Shown here: piece by piece, positions 26,341 to 37,501 of the stretch | Position numbering within the stretch: position 1 is the stretch's first letter | Layout of the letters: every line of letters begins with the position of its first letter | NCBI GenBank assembly: GCA_965248695.1 | Contig: CBDFKD010000002.1 | Location: 1,728,001 to 1,792,000 of the forward strand | Source of the DNA: Acidobacteriota bacterium | GTDB taxonomy: Bacteria; Acidobacteriota; UBA890; WLXD01 | Length of the DNA stretch: 64,000 nt | Reading direction: 5' to 3' | Notes under the pieces: generated by a model | Database searches by the model: none | Seen by the model: only the letters and a program-made list of their open reading frames with translations | Told to the model about the DNA's origin: nothing | Position numbers and translations under genes: made by a program

Positions 26341-26547
26341 ATGGCCGAACGCGAAACGCGTCCGACGATCATGACGCTGGATGAGGTCGCCCGGTACCTC
26401 CGCCTGCACAAGTCGACCGTCTACCGGATGGCCCGCGAGGGGAAGCTCCCAGGCAACAAGGTTGCCGGCCAGTGGCGCTTCAAGAAAGAACGCCTGGTGG
26501 AGTGGTTCGAGGAACAGCAGCGCGAGCTCGAAGACGCGCTCGACTAG
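26341..26547 (+). CDS. Small excisionase-like (HTH_17) DNA-binding protein
   Basis: IMTLDEVARYLRLHKSTVYRMAREGKLPGNKVAGQWRFKKERLVEWF; RBS GAGGG. Confidence 0.88.
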   Translation: MAERETRPTIMTLDEVARYLRLHKSTVYRMAREGKLPGNKVAGQWRFKKERLVEWFEEQQRELEDALD

Positions 26548-26556
26548 CCCGACGAC

Positions 26557-28002
26557 TTAGCGGCGATACCCGGCACGGACGCGCTTCACCAGCGTCCCGC
26601 GCTCGATACGCGTGCCGGCATCCACGCCGTTCAACAGCAGCAGGGTGCCGAGGCTCGCCGCCGGTCCCGCATCGACGAATGAAGAGAGCGTACCGGATTG
26701 CGGCGCCGCAAATATCTGCAATCGGTCCGGCTGGTAGCGGTCTGCCTCGCTCCGAGGTAGCCGTCGGAAGCTGTGCTGCCAGCGATCGATGGTGCGCGCG
26801 TGGCGCTCGAAGGCCTCGGCGCGACCGTAGCCGATGAGGTCGTAGACGAGATCTCCCAGCCGCACGAAGACGTCGGTGGCACGGACCGCGATCTCGTTGC
26901 TGATGGCGCCATACCGTACTCTGTACGCTGGTATCCCGCCCACCGAAGTGGCCGCGCCATTTACCGAGGTCGCCGAACGCGCCTGCATTCCGGCGTTGAC
27001 GTGCGCCTCTAGGCTGTCGCCCTGCATCGGACCGGCCGTCAGCCCCGCGATCACGTCGCCGCTCTCCGGCGCGGCCACCACCGCGCGCTTGCCGTTCTCC
27101 AGCGCCCAGTCGCCGGGGAAGTCCACCTGAAACAACAGCTCCGGATGCTTGAATGTCCCGTTGACGATCACTCCCTGTCGCGGGTTCGGGCCGAAGACCA
27201 TGCCATCGAGCCGGCGCAAGTGGGCGTCGCGACCGATCTTCAGATCATCGCGGCCGGCGACCAGCGGACCCGAGCTCTGTAGCACGCGCTCGATGCGGTT
27301 CTCAGGATCCGGGTGGGTAGACAGCCACGCTGGAAGCCGCCCTCCGCCGGCGGCAGACAGCGCCGAGATCGTCCGAAAGAACGCCGCCAGCGGCCGCGGG
27401 TCGAACCCGGCTTCCACCGCGTACCGAACACCGAGCTGATCCGCTTGGAGCTCGTCGTCGCGACCGAACTTCAGAAACAACAGACCGACGCCAGTCTGTA
27501 GGATCCCGCCCAGAGCACGTACCTCCGACGACAGCACGCCGCCGACTCCCAGCCCGATCTGCGCCAGCGACGCACCCGTGTAGCGCTGCGCTCCGTGGCG
27601 CGCGGTGACATGGCCGATCTCATGGCCGAGCACCCCGACGACCTCAGCCTCCGAGTTCATGTATGCGAGGATGCCGCGCGTCATATAGATGTAGCCACCT
27701 GGGAGGGCGAAGGCGTTGACAATGGTGTCGTCGATGACGCGAAACTCCCAGGGCAACTGCGGCCGCTCACTCGCCGCGGCCATCGAGCTCGCCGCCTGCT
27801 CCATCCAGGCTGCTAGCTCGGGGTCGTCATAGAGGCCGTACTCCTGGACGACGAGGGCGTCATTTTCGCGCCCCAGTTCGACCTCCTGGTTCTCCGACAG
27901 CAGCATCAGCTCGCGCCGGCCGGTCACCGGATTGACCGCACAGGCCAGCGCTGCCAGCGCGGCCAGCAGCACCATCGGCGCTAGACCGACGAGCCGCTTC
28001 AT
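26557..28002 (-). CDS. M48 family Zn metalloprotease lipoprotein
   Basis: Lipobox ALAC, NPVTG, VNAFALPGG, HEIGH, E.QAD, LSTHP. Confidence 0.9.
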   Translation of the reverse strand: MKRLVGLAPMVLLAALAALACAVNPVTGRRELMLLSENQEVELGRENDALVVQEYGLYDDPELAAWMEQAASSMAAASERPQLPWEFRVIDDTIVNAFALPGGYIYMTRGILAYMNSEAEVVGVLGHEIGHVTARHGAQRYTGASLAQIGLGVGGVLSSEVRALGGILQTGVGLLFLKFGRDDELQADQLGVRYAVEAGFDPRPLAAFFRTISALSAAGGGRLPAWLSTHPDPENRIERVLQSSGPLVAGRDDLKIGRDAHLRRLDGMVFGPNPRQGVIVNGTFKHPELLFQVDFPGDWALENGKRAVVAAPESGDVIAGLTAGPMQGDSLEAHVNAGMQARSATSVNGAATSVGGIPAYRVRYGAISNEIAVRATDVFVRLGDLVYDLIGYGRAEAFERHARTIDRWQHSFRRLPRSEADRYQPDRLQIFAAPQSGTLSSFVDAGPAASLGTLLLLNGVDAGTRIERGTLVKRVRAGYRR

Positions 28003-28601
28003 CGATCGTTGCTGCCCGTCATCGGTTCCGGCGGTGTCCTGCCCCAGATCGCCTCGGACAGCTCGGGGTCGGTCTCGGCGAGTCGTTCCGAGGCCAGCGC
28101 CGTCAGCTGATGTGGAAAGACGGGTCTATCGGCGACAGCGTGGAGGTAGTAGTGAGGACCCACGATGAAGGCGCGACGCTCGGGGCGGTAGTACACGGCC
28201 GCCACCCGGATTTCCGGCGTATTGCGGCGCGCGCGCCGCCGCAGGTACTCGATCACCTCATACATCGTCCGCCCGGTGTCGAACAGGTCGTCGACGATCA
28301 ACATCTGATGCGCAGACTCCACCTCGTCGATCACGTGCTTGAGGCCGCGGATGTCGTACCCGTCTCCTTGGGCCACTCCCTCCAACGACTGCGTTCGAAT
28401 CGCCGTGTGATAGAATTCATGGCCCTGACAGCGGAACAACTCGTGGATCGCGATACCGGGTGGAGTACCTCCGCGCCAAAGCGCGACGAGGAAGTCTGGC
28501 CGATACCCATCGTCCCAGATGTTCTTGGCAAGGCGGAAGCAGTCGGCCAGGTAGTCGTCGGGATCCAGAGGAGTGGACGCCTGGGTGTCGCTCATCGTCA
28601 C
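27999..28601 (-). CDS. Type I phosphoribosyltransferase
   Basis: LWRGG, PRPP-binding loop LIVDDLFDTGRT, VFP near the C-terminus. Confidence 0.85.
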   Translation of the reverse strand: MTMSDTQASTPLDPDDYLADCFRLAKNIWDDGYRPDFLVALWRGGTPPGIAIHELFRCQGHEFYHTAIRTQSLEGVAQGDGYDIRGLKHVIDEVESAHQMLIVDDLFDTGRTMYEVIEYLRRRARRNTPEIRVAAVYYRPERRAFIVGPHYYLHAVADRPVFPHQLTALASERLAETDPELSEAIWGRTPPEPMTGSNDR

Positions 28602-29338
28602 ATAGCCGAAGGCGGTGGGGGTAGCCGGGGCGGACGGAGCTTGTGAGCGTTGGAGCGACGTCGCGATTCAACGCGCTCGCGCAGGCCCTCATCATCGAGA
28701 CTGCCCAGTACATACTCTTCCAGCTGCTCGTAGGTGAATCCGAGCTCCTTTTCGTCGGTCTGACCGCGCCAGATTTCCGCCGAAGGCGGCTTGACGACGA
28801 TCTCGGTCGGGACTTCCAGGTGCTCCGCGAGCGCCACCACCTCGCTCTTGACCAGGTGTCCCAAGGGGAGCAGATCAACCCCTCCATCGCCGTACTTGGT
28901 GAAATAGCCGAGAGACATCTCCGAGCGATTGCCGGTCCCGGCCACCAGATAGCGGAACTTGTTGGCGTGGTAGTAGAGCGCCGTCATCCAGAGTCGCGCC
29001 TTGAGGTTGGCGAGTGGCAGGTCGGGGGTTTCGTCAGGGTCGGGGTCAACCCCCAGCAAGCGAGCGAAGCTCTCATATACGGTATCCAACTCCATCAACT
29101 TGGAGTTGAGCCGAAACTCGTTCACCACCAGAAGTGCATGGTCGATATCCTGCTGGTCCGAGTGCACCGGCAGAATCAACGCCAGGTGCGTCTCCGGAAA
29201 CGCTCGTCGCGCCAGCTGCGCAACCACGGCGGAGTCCACGCCTCCCGACAGGCCGAAAACGATGCCCCGTGCGCTGGCGGACTCGGCCTCGGTTCGTAAC
29301 CACGCGACCAATTGCCCCGCGACCTGCTCAGTGTTCAT
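28598..29338 (-). CDS. nadE: NH3-dependent NAD+ synthetase
   Basis: GLSGGVDSA, NLKAR, GTGNRSE, GYFTKYGDGG, KSEV, PPSA, GQTDE, HK. Confidence 0.93.
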   Translation of the reverse strand: MNTEQVAGQLVAWLRTEAESASARGIVFGLSGGVDSAVVAQLARRAFPETHLALILPVHSDQQDIDHALLVVNEFRLNSKLMELDTVYESFARLLGVDPDPDETPDLPLANLKARLWMTALYYHANKFRYLVAGTGNRSEMSLGYFTKYGDGGVDLLPLGHLVKSEVVALAEHLEVPTEIVVKPPSAEIWRGQTDEKELGFTYEQLEEYVLGSLDDEGLRERVESRRRSNAHKLRPPRLPPPPSAM

Positions 29339-29395
29339 CCCCGAATGTTAGGGAGTCACGGCGGTCGGGTCAAAAACGCGGACTTTGCCGGCGGG

Positions 29396-31303
29396 TCAGC
29401 TGACGATCGTATCGATGGCGGCCTGGTCGATGGTCACCGAATAGCTCTCGCGCAGTGACTGGAGATAGGCCTCGAAGAGTCGATTGCGCCGCTCAACCGC
29501 CTGCTGCTCACGCAGCTGCTCCTTTTGTTCGTTGAACAACGCCCAATCCGGTTGCACGTGCTCGGCAACGCGAAACACCACGAACCGATCGTCGATCTTG
29601 ACCGGCCCGCCGGTCTGACCGCCGGCAAGCTCGAAGATCGCTTGCATCAGGTTCGGCGCGCGACCCAATGCCGGGACCACATCTTCACGAGCAACGAGCT
29701 CGCTGGAATCGACCGTGGCGCCTGCTTCCTGGGCGATGGTCTCTAACTCCTCACCGGCCATGAGTCGCTCGCCATACTCGGCGGCGCGCTCGGCGGCGCG
29801 CTCGGCGGCGCGCCGATCGGTCACATCGGAGCGCACTACGACAGCTACGACCTCGAGCTGTGGCGTGTGGGGAGCCACGATCTCATCGACGCGAAACACC
29901 AGATGACCCCGACGCACCCGGACCGGCTCGGCGACGCGGCCCGTGCCGAGAGCGAAGATCCTGCCCGTAAGATCGATGTCGGTGAACTCTCCGAATCCGG
30001 CGTCCTGGGCGAACAATGGGCTGACCTCTACCGTGAGGCCATACTGCTCGGCGACATCGTCCAGCGCCGTGCCGCGCAAGACGTCGCGGCGAATCTGCTC
30101 TGACGTGCTCTCGGCCTGCGCTTCCGCCTGATCCCAGGCGAGCCGTTGCTCGAGCTGACCGCGCACCTCGTCGAGAGGCTGTGCCCGCTCGTCGCGGCGC
30201 TCCTCGACGCGGACGATATGAAAACCGAACGCCGTCTCGACGACCGCCGACGTTTCCCCGGCTTGCAAAGCGAACGCGGCCTCATCGAAGCCTTCGACCT
30301 GTCGGCCACGCGTGACCCAGCCCAGGTCGCCGCCCGCCGCCGACGTCGGGTCATCGGAGACCTCTTGCGCCAGCTCGCCGAAGTCGGCGCCGGCGTTGAG
30401 ACGCTGGAGCACCTCCTCGGCGCGACCGCGGACGCCGGCCTTGTCCTCGTCGCTCGCCGTCGGCGGCACTCGCAGCATGATCTGCCGTGCCTTGATCTGT
30501 TCCTCGATGGTGAACTCGGCGATGCTCGCCTGGTACTCGGCCAGCAGCGCATCTTCGGCAACTTCGACGTTGTTGCGCAGCTCCTCCGTATCGATCAGCG
30601 CGTACGACACGCGCCGCTGCTCGGGCAGCCGGTAGGTGTCAGGTTCGGCCTCGTAGGCAGCCTGGACGTCCGCTTCACTGATCTCGTCGTCGACCTCGAA
30701 ACGGTACGCCGTCGGGCGTATTTGGACGAAATCGAAGCGCACCTTCTCACTCTGGCGCTGATACGCGTCTTGAACCTCGCGATCGTTGACCGCGATGCCC
30801 TCGGTGATCAGCCCGGTCACCCGTTCGACGAGGAGGTCGTCCATGATGGACTCCTCGAAGGACACCACGTCGAGCCCGTTGCGCTGCAGGATGTTTCGAT
30901 ACTCCTCGTCGCCGATCCAACGCCCATCCTCGCGGCGGAAGGCCGGGTACTGCATCATCCGGTCCTTGAGCTCTTGCCGCGCGATCGCGAACCCTTGATC
31001 TTCGGCCGCGGCGACAATCAGCCGACGCCGGATAAGTTGCTCCAGGACGACGCTTTGGAGCTGCATCTGCTGGATAAAGTTGTCCGGCAGCTCACCCTGG
31101 TTCAGGCCGCGGTAGTACTGCATCTGCTCGTTCATGGCGCGCTGAAACTCGGCCGCCTCGATCGGGTCACCGTTGACTCGGGCGACAACGTTCGCAGCAC
31201 CGCTGGTAAACAGGGCGGGCAGGTACAGGGCGATGAACGCCACGATGACCAGCCATAGCGTCCATGACAGGCGGCGCACGTTTCGGCGCAGGGTGTCCAG
31301 CAC
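29396..31303 (-). CDS. ppiD: PpiD-like membrane-anchored parvulin chaperone
   Basis: MLDTLRR + TM, SurA_N-like region (VARVNGDPI), rotamase motifs (FGELAQEVSDD, GGDLGW, VETAFGFHIV). Confidence 0.85.
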   Translation of the reverse strand: MLDTLRRNVRRLSWTLWLVIVAFIALYLPALFTSGAANVVARVNGDPIEAAEFQRAMNEQMQYYRGLNQGELPDNFIQQMQLQSVVLEQLIRRRLIVAAAEDQGFAIARQELKDRMMQYPAFRREDGRWIGDEEYRNILQRNGLDVVSFEESIMDDLLVERVTGLITEGIAVNDREVQDAYQRQSEKVRFDFVQIRPTAYRFEVDDEISEADVQAAYEAEPDTYRLPEQRRVSYALIDTEELRNNVEVAEDALLAEYQASIAEFTIEEQIKARQIMLRVPPTASDEDKAGVRGRAEEVLQRLNAGADFGELAQEVSDDPTSAAGGDLGWVTRGRQVEGFDEAAFALQAGETSAVVETAFGFHIVRVEERRDERAQPLDEVRGQLEQRLAWDQAEAQAESTSEQIRRDVLRGTALDDVAEQYGLTVEVSPLFAQDAGFGEFTDIDLTGRIFALGTGRVAEPVRVRRGHLVFRVDEIVAPHTPQLEVVAVVVRSDVTDRRAAERAAERAAEYGERLMAGEELETIAQEAGATVDSSELVAREDVVPALGRAPNLMQAIFELAGGQTGGPVKIDDRFVVFRVAEHVQPDWALFNEQKEQLREQQAVERRNRLFEAYLQSLRESYSVTIDQAAIDTIVS

Positions 31304-31598
31304 GATGACTTACTCCGAGGGATCGCCGGCGGCTTCGAGGCCGCGGAGTGAATGCGGCGGCGGTGGGCGCGGCGACCGTTGTGGTTTCCGTTCGTCGTTG
31401 ACGGGAGGAGATATGGTACCTGTCCGCGGCTCGCCCCGACAAGGTTCGACCCCGTGATACCATTGCGGCGCGTTGCGCTCGGCAAGTGGCGACGGCTTGC
31501 CGCTGGCCCCGGCCTCCCCGTGGCGCGCATTGGATCAAACCGATACCTCCCGTCTGTCCTGCTGCCTGCGGGCGCGACATCGGCCTCCGCTGTCGTGA

Positions 31599-32639
<1,041 letters not shown>

Positions 32640-32710
32640 CTCGGCAGGTACCCCGATCGAGTTGAAGCGCGAGCGCATTCGAAACGGCATCAAGGAGCGG
32701 CGAAAAGGCG

Positions 32711-33571
32711 ATGATGCGAACTGCGCGCGGCGCTGGGCTCGTTTTCGGCCTGCTGGCCTTTTTCTTCCTCCTGATGTCGTACCAGGTCAACCGCTCTCGC
32801 ACGCTAGCGACCGCGCGCAGTGCGGTGACCGGCGTCGTATCGCCGTTCCAGCGCCTCGCGACCTCAGCAGTCGGTGGAACGCGTGCCGCGTGGGGTAAGT
32901 ACGTCGAGCTCCTCGGTTCCGCCGACGAGCTCGACCGGCTGCGTGAGGACAACGCGCGTCTGCAGCGGCAACTCGCGGCGGCCGCGGCGGCGGGCCACGA
33001 GAACCGGCGCCTTCGCGCAATGTTGCGCGTCACCAAGTCGGTGCCGGGCACGTGGATCGCGGCGCAGGTCGTCGGGCGAGACCTGGCGCATCGGTACCAA
33101 TCGTTGCAACTGGATCGCGGCTCGGCAGACGGTGTCGGCTTCGACGATGCAGTCGTATCGCCCGCAGGAGCCCTGGTCGGTCGGGTGATTCAGGTTTCGC
33201 GCTGGACATGCGCCGTTCAGTTGCTGACCGACGCGCTGAGCGGTGTAGGTGCTCGCCTCGGCGAGTCGCGCGCCAGCGGGCTACTGGCGGGAGCGGACGG
33301 GCCGTTGCTCGAGCTGCGCTTCATCCGTACGCTCGATGACGCGACCGTGGGCGAGAGCGTCGAGACATCCGGAGAGGACGGAATCTATCCGGCCGGGATC
33401 CCGATCGGACAGGTAACTCGAGCCGGCGTCGGGCCAGCGGCCCCAGGCACACCGCCGGTGCCGCTCGCGCGCGACGAGACGGCGCTGTTCATGCAGATCG
33501 AGGTTCGGCCGCACGTCGATATGATGCGTCTGGAGAACGTGCTGGTCCTGCACCGCGAGCCCCAATCCTGA
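32711..33571 (+). CDS. mreC: Rod shape-determining protein MreC
   Basis: TM, coiled coil (ENRRLR), LDRGSADGV, LVGRV, TSGEDGIYPAGIPIG. Confidence 0.92.
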   Translation: MMRTARGAGLVFGLLAFFFLLMSYQVNRSRTLATARSAVTGVVSPFQRLATSAVGGTRAAWGKYVELLGSADELDRLREDNARLQRQLAAAAAAGHENRRLRAMLRVTKSVPGTWIAAQVVGRDLAHRYQSLQLDRGSADGVGFDDAVVSPAGALVGRVIQVSRWTCAVQLLTDALSGVGARLGESRASGLLAGADGPLLELRFIRTLDDATVGESVETSGEDGIYPAGIPIGQVTRAGVGPAAPGTPPVPLARDETALFMQIEVRPHVDMMRLENVLVLHREPQS

Positions 33572-33586
33572 TCCCCGACGCGACCG

Positions 33587-34099
33587 ATGAGATCTGTCGT
33601 CCAGATCGTCGTCCTGATGCTTGCGGTGGGTACCGCACAGGTCACCCTGACGCAGATGGTGCCGCCACTGGGTCTGGTCGACGGGCTCATGGTCGCGACC
33701 GGGCTACTGGCGCTTCGGCGATCCTTCACTGCCTCGGTCCTCATCGGCGCGCTCGCCGGCTTCATCCAAGACAGCCTTTCGGGCGGCATCGTCGGACTTC
33801 ACGCGTTCGCGAAGACCGTGGTGGCAGCGTTGATCACTTCGCTGGGAAGCATCATTGTGGTTCGCGGGCAGCTCGCCGAGGCGATCGTGATCGGGGCTGC
33901 GGCGGTGCTCGAGAGCGTGATCGTAGTGGGTCTACTCGGCTTCTTCGCCTGGCCGGGATCGGAAGCACTGACCACGATCGCTGCCCGCGGCGGCATGACC
34001 GCCCTCGCCTGTGGCGTGATCACGGTAGGTGGGCCGCGCCTCGTAGTAGGCTGGCGCAACAGGCGAGAACGACCTCGCCTGTCACCTCGCAGACGATGA
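33587..34099 (+). CDS. mreD: Rod shape-determining protein MreD
   Basis: Polytopic membrane protein with GFIQDSLSGGIVGLHAF, located between mreC and mrdA. Confidence 0.88.
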   Translation: MRSVVQIVVLMLAVGTAQVTLTQMVPPLGLVDGLMVATGLLALRRSFTASVLIGALAGFIQDSLSGGIVGLHAFAKTVVAALITSLGSIIVVRGQLAEAIVIGAAAVLESVIVVGLLGFFAWPGSEALTTIAARGGMTALACGVITVGGPRLVVGWRNRRERPRLSPRRR

Positions 34100-34142
34100 T
34101 CGGCGGAGCACATATGCAACCAATCGTTCACCCGGAAGCGCC

Positions 34143-36152
34143 GTGAAGACGGGACCCTGGCGCCCTGAAGACGACGGTCGCGTCGACCTGAAGCGGCGTC
34201 CGGAGCGCTCGATTCATCGGCCGCCGTTGCTCGGTCCACGAGCGCTCGAGACAGCCGCCGATCGTCAGCGTATTACTGATCGCGTGCGCGTCCTCGAGGC
34301 GATCGCGGCCGTGCTCGTCCTGGCGCTGCTGCTGGGCTTCTGGCAAACCCAAGTAATCCACGGTGAGGAATACGCCAACCTGGCCGAGGAGAACCTGTGG
34401 AAGCGCTCACGCGTGCGCCCGACCCGCGGGCTCATTCTCGATCGAAACGGCGAGATCCTGGCTACCAATCGGCCGTCGTATGAGGTCGCCCTCATTCGCG
34501 AGTTGGTCGACGATGAGGGTGGCGTCCTCCGCTGGCTGAGCACGGTGCTCGAGGAACCGCAGGAGGTGCTTCGCCAGCGCCTCGACCGGCAGCGGAGCAC
34601 AGCCCGATTCAGGCCCGTTGTCGTTGCTTCCGGGGTCCCCAAGGAACATGTCGTTCGGATCGAGGCGCGCCGCCTCGAGCATCCGGGGGTAGTGGTTCAG
34701 GTGCACGCGCAACGGTTCTATCCGCGCGGCGCAGCCGCGGCCCATGTGCTCGGCTACGTGGGGGAGATCTCACCGCAACAGCTCGATACCTGGGGCGAGC
34801 AATTCAACCTCGGCGACATTGTCGGCAAGCTCGGCGTGGAGTCGATCTACAACGACGACCTTGCCGGCCATGCCGGTAGTCGGCTGGTGGTGGTGAACTC
34901 GGTAGGTCGAGAGATTCGACTGGAAAGCGAGGACGCTCCGCAACCTGGAGAGACCGTAGTTCTCACGCTTGACGTCCTGCTGCAGGAACGCGTCGAGGAG
35001 CTCCTGCGCGGCCACCGTGGCGCCGCCGTGGTGCTCGACACGACCAGCGGTGGTGTCTTGGCGCTGGCGAGCTCTCCGTCCTTCAATCCGAACGCCTTTG
35101 CCGATCGCTTCTCGGTAGAACAGTGGGAGGCTCTGCTCCGCGACCCAGCCAAGCCACTGCAGAACCGCGGCGTGCGCGCCGGCCAGCCTCCGGGCTCGAT
35201 CTTCAAGCTCGTGCTCGCCACGGCGGGGCTCGAGGAAGGCATCATCTCGTCAAACACGACCTATTTCTGTCCCGGAGGAAAGACGTACTACGGTCGCTTC
35301 TTCCGCTGCCTGGGACAACACGGCAACCTCAACGTCGTCCAGGCCCTGGCCTATTCGTGCAACAGCTTCTTCTACGAGTTGGGCGTCAAGCTGGGCCGCG
35401 AGCGCATCGTGCGCTGGGCGCAGCGATTCGGACTCGGCGCAGTGACCGGCATCGACCTCACCGATGAGGAAGGCGGTATCGTTCCGAGCGACGATTGGCT
35501 GGCCGCCAACGGCAGGCGCTACTACCCGGGCGAGACGGTTTCTCTGTCGATCGGCCAGGGGCCGCTGGCCGTCAGCCCGCTGCAGCTTGCCAACGTCGCC
35601 GCGACTGCCGCCACCGGCCTCGTGCGCCAACCTCGACTGCTGTTGCGCATCGAGGGCGCCAGCGGCGACGGCACACGCTCATACCCGAGCGAGCAACGGC
35701 CCGCTCCGTTCGGAAGCGCCGCGCGCGAGCTGGTCACACGCGGCATGGAGGGGTCGGTAGCGTACGGCTCGTCGTGGCGCGCCCGGCTGGCAACCGTCTC
35801 GGTGGGTGGCAAGACCGGCACGGCGCAGGTGGCTTCGTCCACTCGGGTGGCCGAGAACGACGAGGATCGCCCTGAGCATCTCCGCAACCACGCCTGGTTC
35901 GTCGCGGTGGCGCCCAGCGACGAGCCTGAGATCGCGGTCGCGGTATACCTCGAACACGGTGGCTCCGGCGGCGTGGCTGCGGCACCTATCGGCGGGCAGA
36001 TTCTGGCGAGCTACTTCGGCGAGACGCTGGGGAAGGACGACTACCAGCAGCTGCCCTTGGTCGAACCTGGCCCCGAGACCGACACGACCACGACGCCGAG
36101 TGGGGACGATTCCGACACCGCGACGGGTGACAACCCCGAGGTCGACCGATGA
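34143..36152 (+). CDS. mrdA: Penicillin-binding protein 2
   Basis: RGLILDRNG, RFYP, motifs SxxK (GSIFK), SxN (SCN), KTG (GKTGTAQ). Confidence 0.95.
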   Translation: MKTGPWRPEDDGRVDLKRRPERSIHRPPLLGPRALETAADRQRITDRVRVLEAIAAVLVLALLLGFWQTQVIHGEEYANLAEENLWKRSRVRPTRGLILDRNGEILATNRPSYEVALIRELVDDEGGVLRWLSTVLEEPQEVLRQRLDRQRSTARFRPVVVASGVPKEHVVRIEARRLEHPGVVVQVHAQRFYPRGAAAAHVLGYVGEISPQQLDTWGEQFNLGDIVGKLGVESIYNDDLAGHAGSRLVVVNSVGREIRLESEDAPQPGETVVLTLDVLLQERVEELLRGHRGAAVVLDTTSGGVLALASSPSFNPNAFADRFSVEQWEALLRDPAKPLQNRGVRAGQPPGSIFKLVLATAGLEEGIISSNTTYFCPGGKTYYGRFFRCLGQHGNLNVVQALAYSCNSFFYELGVKLGRERIVRWAQRFGLGAVTGIDLTDEEGGIVPSDDWLAANGRRYYPGETVSLSIGQGPLAVSPLQLANVAATAATGLVRQPRLLLRIEGASGDGTRSYPSEQRPAPFGSAARELVTRGMEGSVAYGSSWRARLATVSVGGKTGTAQVASSTRVAENDEDRPEHLRNHAWFVAVAPSDEPEIAVAVYLEHGGSGGVAAAPIGGQILASYFGETLGKDDYQQLPLVEPGPETDTTTTPSGDDSDTATGDNPEVDR

Positions 36153-37240
36153 CGCTGTTCGATCGTCGCCTGGTGCGCTGGTTCGATCTCGTGACCCTGC
36201 TAACCCTGGCAGCGCTTCTGGGCATAGGCATGCTGCTGGTGGCCTCAGCCTCCGCCGGCGAAGATCTGGAGTTGGAGAAACGCCAGGGGATCTGGGTCGC
36301 CGTAGGCCTGCTGCTGGCGATCGCACTCGGGTTCCTGAACTACCGACATCTCACCGACAACGCCTACCTGCTGTGGGGTGCTTGCGTGGCAATGTTGGTT
36401 GTCGTGCTGGTGCTCGGTCCGCAGATCTCCGGAGCGCGATCATGGCTGCGTATCGGAGGTATCGGGATCCAGCCATCCGAGCTCGCCAAGGTAGCGATCA
36501 TCTTGGTGCTGGCCCGCCTGTTCGCTGATCGGGAGCCACGTCCGTTCGGGATGCGTGGCCTGGTCATGCCGGTGATCGTGGTGGGCGTCCCCTTCGTGCT
36601 CACGGCATTGCAACCAGACCAGGGCACGGCGATGACGTACTTGCCGATACTCGCTGCAACCGCTTGGGCCGCCGGGCTGCGGATGCGAACGATCACTTGG
36701 CTCGCCGCCTCCACACTGGCGGCAACCCCGCTCTGGTATTGGAGCTTGCACCCCTATCAACGAGCCCGGCTGACCAGCTTCCTGGCACCCGAGGCCGATC
36801 CCCTGGGGGCCGGCTACCAGCTCGTGCAAAGCAAGATCGCAGTCGGCTCGGGGGGCCTCCTGGGCAAGGGTTTGTTCTCCGGTACCCAGAGTCAGCTGAA
36901 CTTCCTGCCGGAGCAGGAGAACGATTTCATCGTGGCGCTGCTCGGAGAGGAGATCGGGTTCTTGGGGGTCGCCACTGTGCTGCTGTTGTACTTGGCGCTG
37001 ATCTTGCGACTGCTACGCGGCGCCCACACGGCCCGCGACCGCGCCGGCGCCTATATTTGTGCCGGTGTGGCGGGACTACTCACGTTCCACCTGGGAGTCA
37101 ACGCCGGCATGGTGATCGGTTACATCCCGATCACCGGCATCCCGCTGCCGCTGCTGTCATACGGCGGCTCGTCGGCACTGGCGACCTGTATCGCGATCGG
37201 GTTGGTGATCTCAGTACGCAGCAGGCGTTTCCTGGTCTAG
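36149..37240 (+). CDS. rodA: SEDS glycosyltransferase RodA
   Basis: GARSW, QPSELAK, QPDQGT, GYQLVQSKIAVGSGG, FLPE..NDFI, TGIPLPLLSYGGSS. Confidence 0.95.
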   Translation: MTLFDRRLVRWFDLVTLLTLAALLGIGMLLVASASAGEDLELEKRQGIWVAVGLLLAIALGFLNYRHLTDNAYLLWGACVAMLVVVLVLGPQISGARSWLRIGGIGIQPSELAKVAIILVLARLFADREPRPFGMRGLVMPVIVVGVPFVLTALQPDQGTAMTYLPILAATAWAAGLRMRTITWLAASTLAATPLWYWSLHPYQRARLTSFLAPEADPLGAGYQLVQSKIAVGSGGLLGKGLFSGTQSQLNFLPEQENDFIVALLGEEIGFLGVATVLLLYLALILRLLRGAHTARDRAGAYICAGVAGLLTFHLGVNAGMVIGYIPITGIPLPLLSYGGSSALATCIAIGLVISVRSRRFLV

Positions 37241-37267
37241 CAGGTGGTGAAAGTGTGGCGGGTCTGG
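37237..37267 (+). repeat. CTAG-anchored MITE-like end, copy 1 (overlaps rodA stop)
   Basis: CTAGCAGG-TGGTGAAAGTGTGGCGGGTCTGG, matches copies at 39446, 43896(-) and 55454(-). Confidence 0.7.
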
Positions 37268-37316
37268 TTACGGCGAGTTGGGGCCAGATGCAAGGCTGCC
37301 TGACGCACACGATGCC

Positions 37317-37336
37317 CTAGCAGACCGTGGTGAAAG
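37317..37336 (+). repeat. CTAG-anchored MITE-like end, short copy 2
   Basis: CTAGCAGACCGTGGTGAAAG. Confidence 0.6.
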
Positions 37337-37492
37337 GCCAACGCTGCAGATGGCCCCAAATCGCCGTAACCCTTTGGGCGACTGGGGGTTGCGCGCGGAT
37401 GCTGCGTCGTTTGTCGTCAACGATGGGGTAACCCAATCAACGAACAGGGCTCGTCAGGCCGCTCGACAGGGCTCCGGCTCGGTTCGTGACCC

Positions 37493-37501
37493 TGGTACAA
37501 T
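37493..37501 (+). promoter_or_regulatory. Extended -10 promoter candidate for rng
   Basis: TGGTACAAT (TGn + TACAAT), about 420 nt upstream of the rng start. Confidence 0.4.

Noticed and set aside
15838-26547. Prophage or ICE suggested by excisionase-like genes
   Set aside because: No integrase, att-like repeats, tRNA, or structural or conjugation genes; the HTH genes are co-oriented within the pilin operon.
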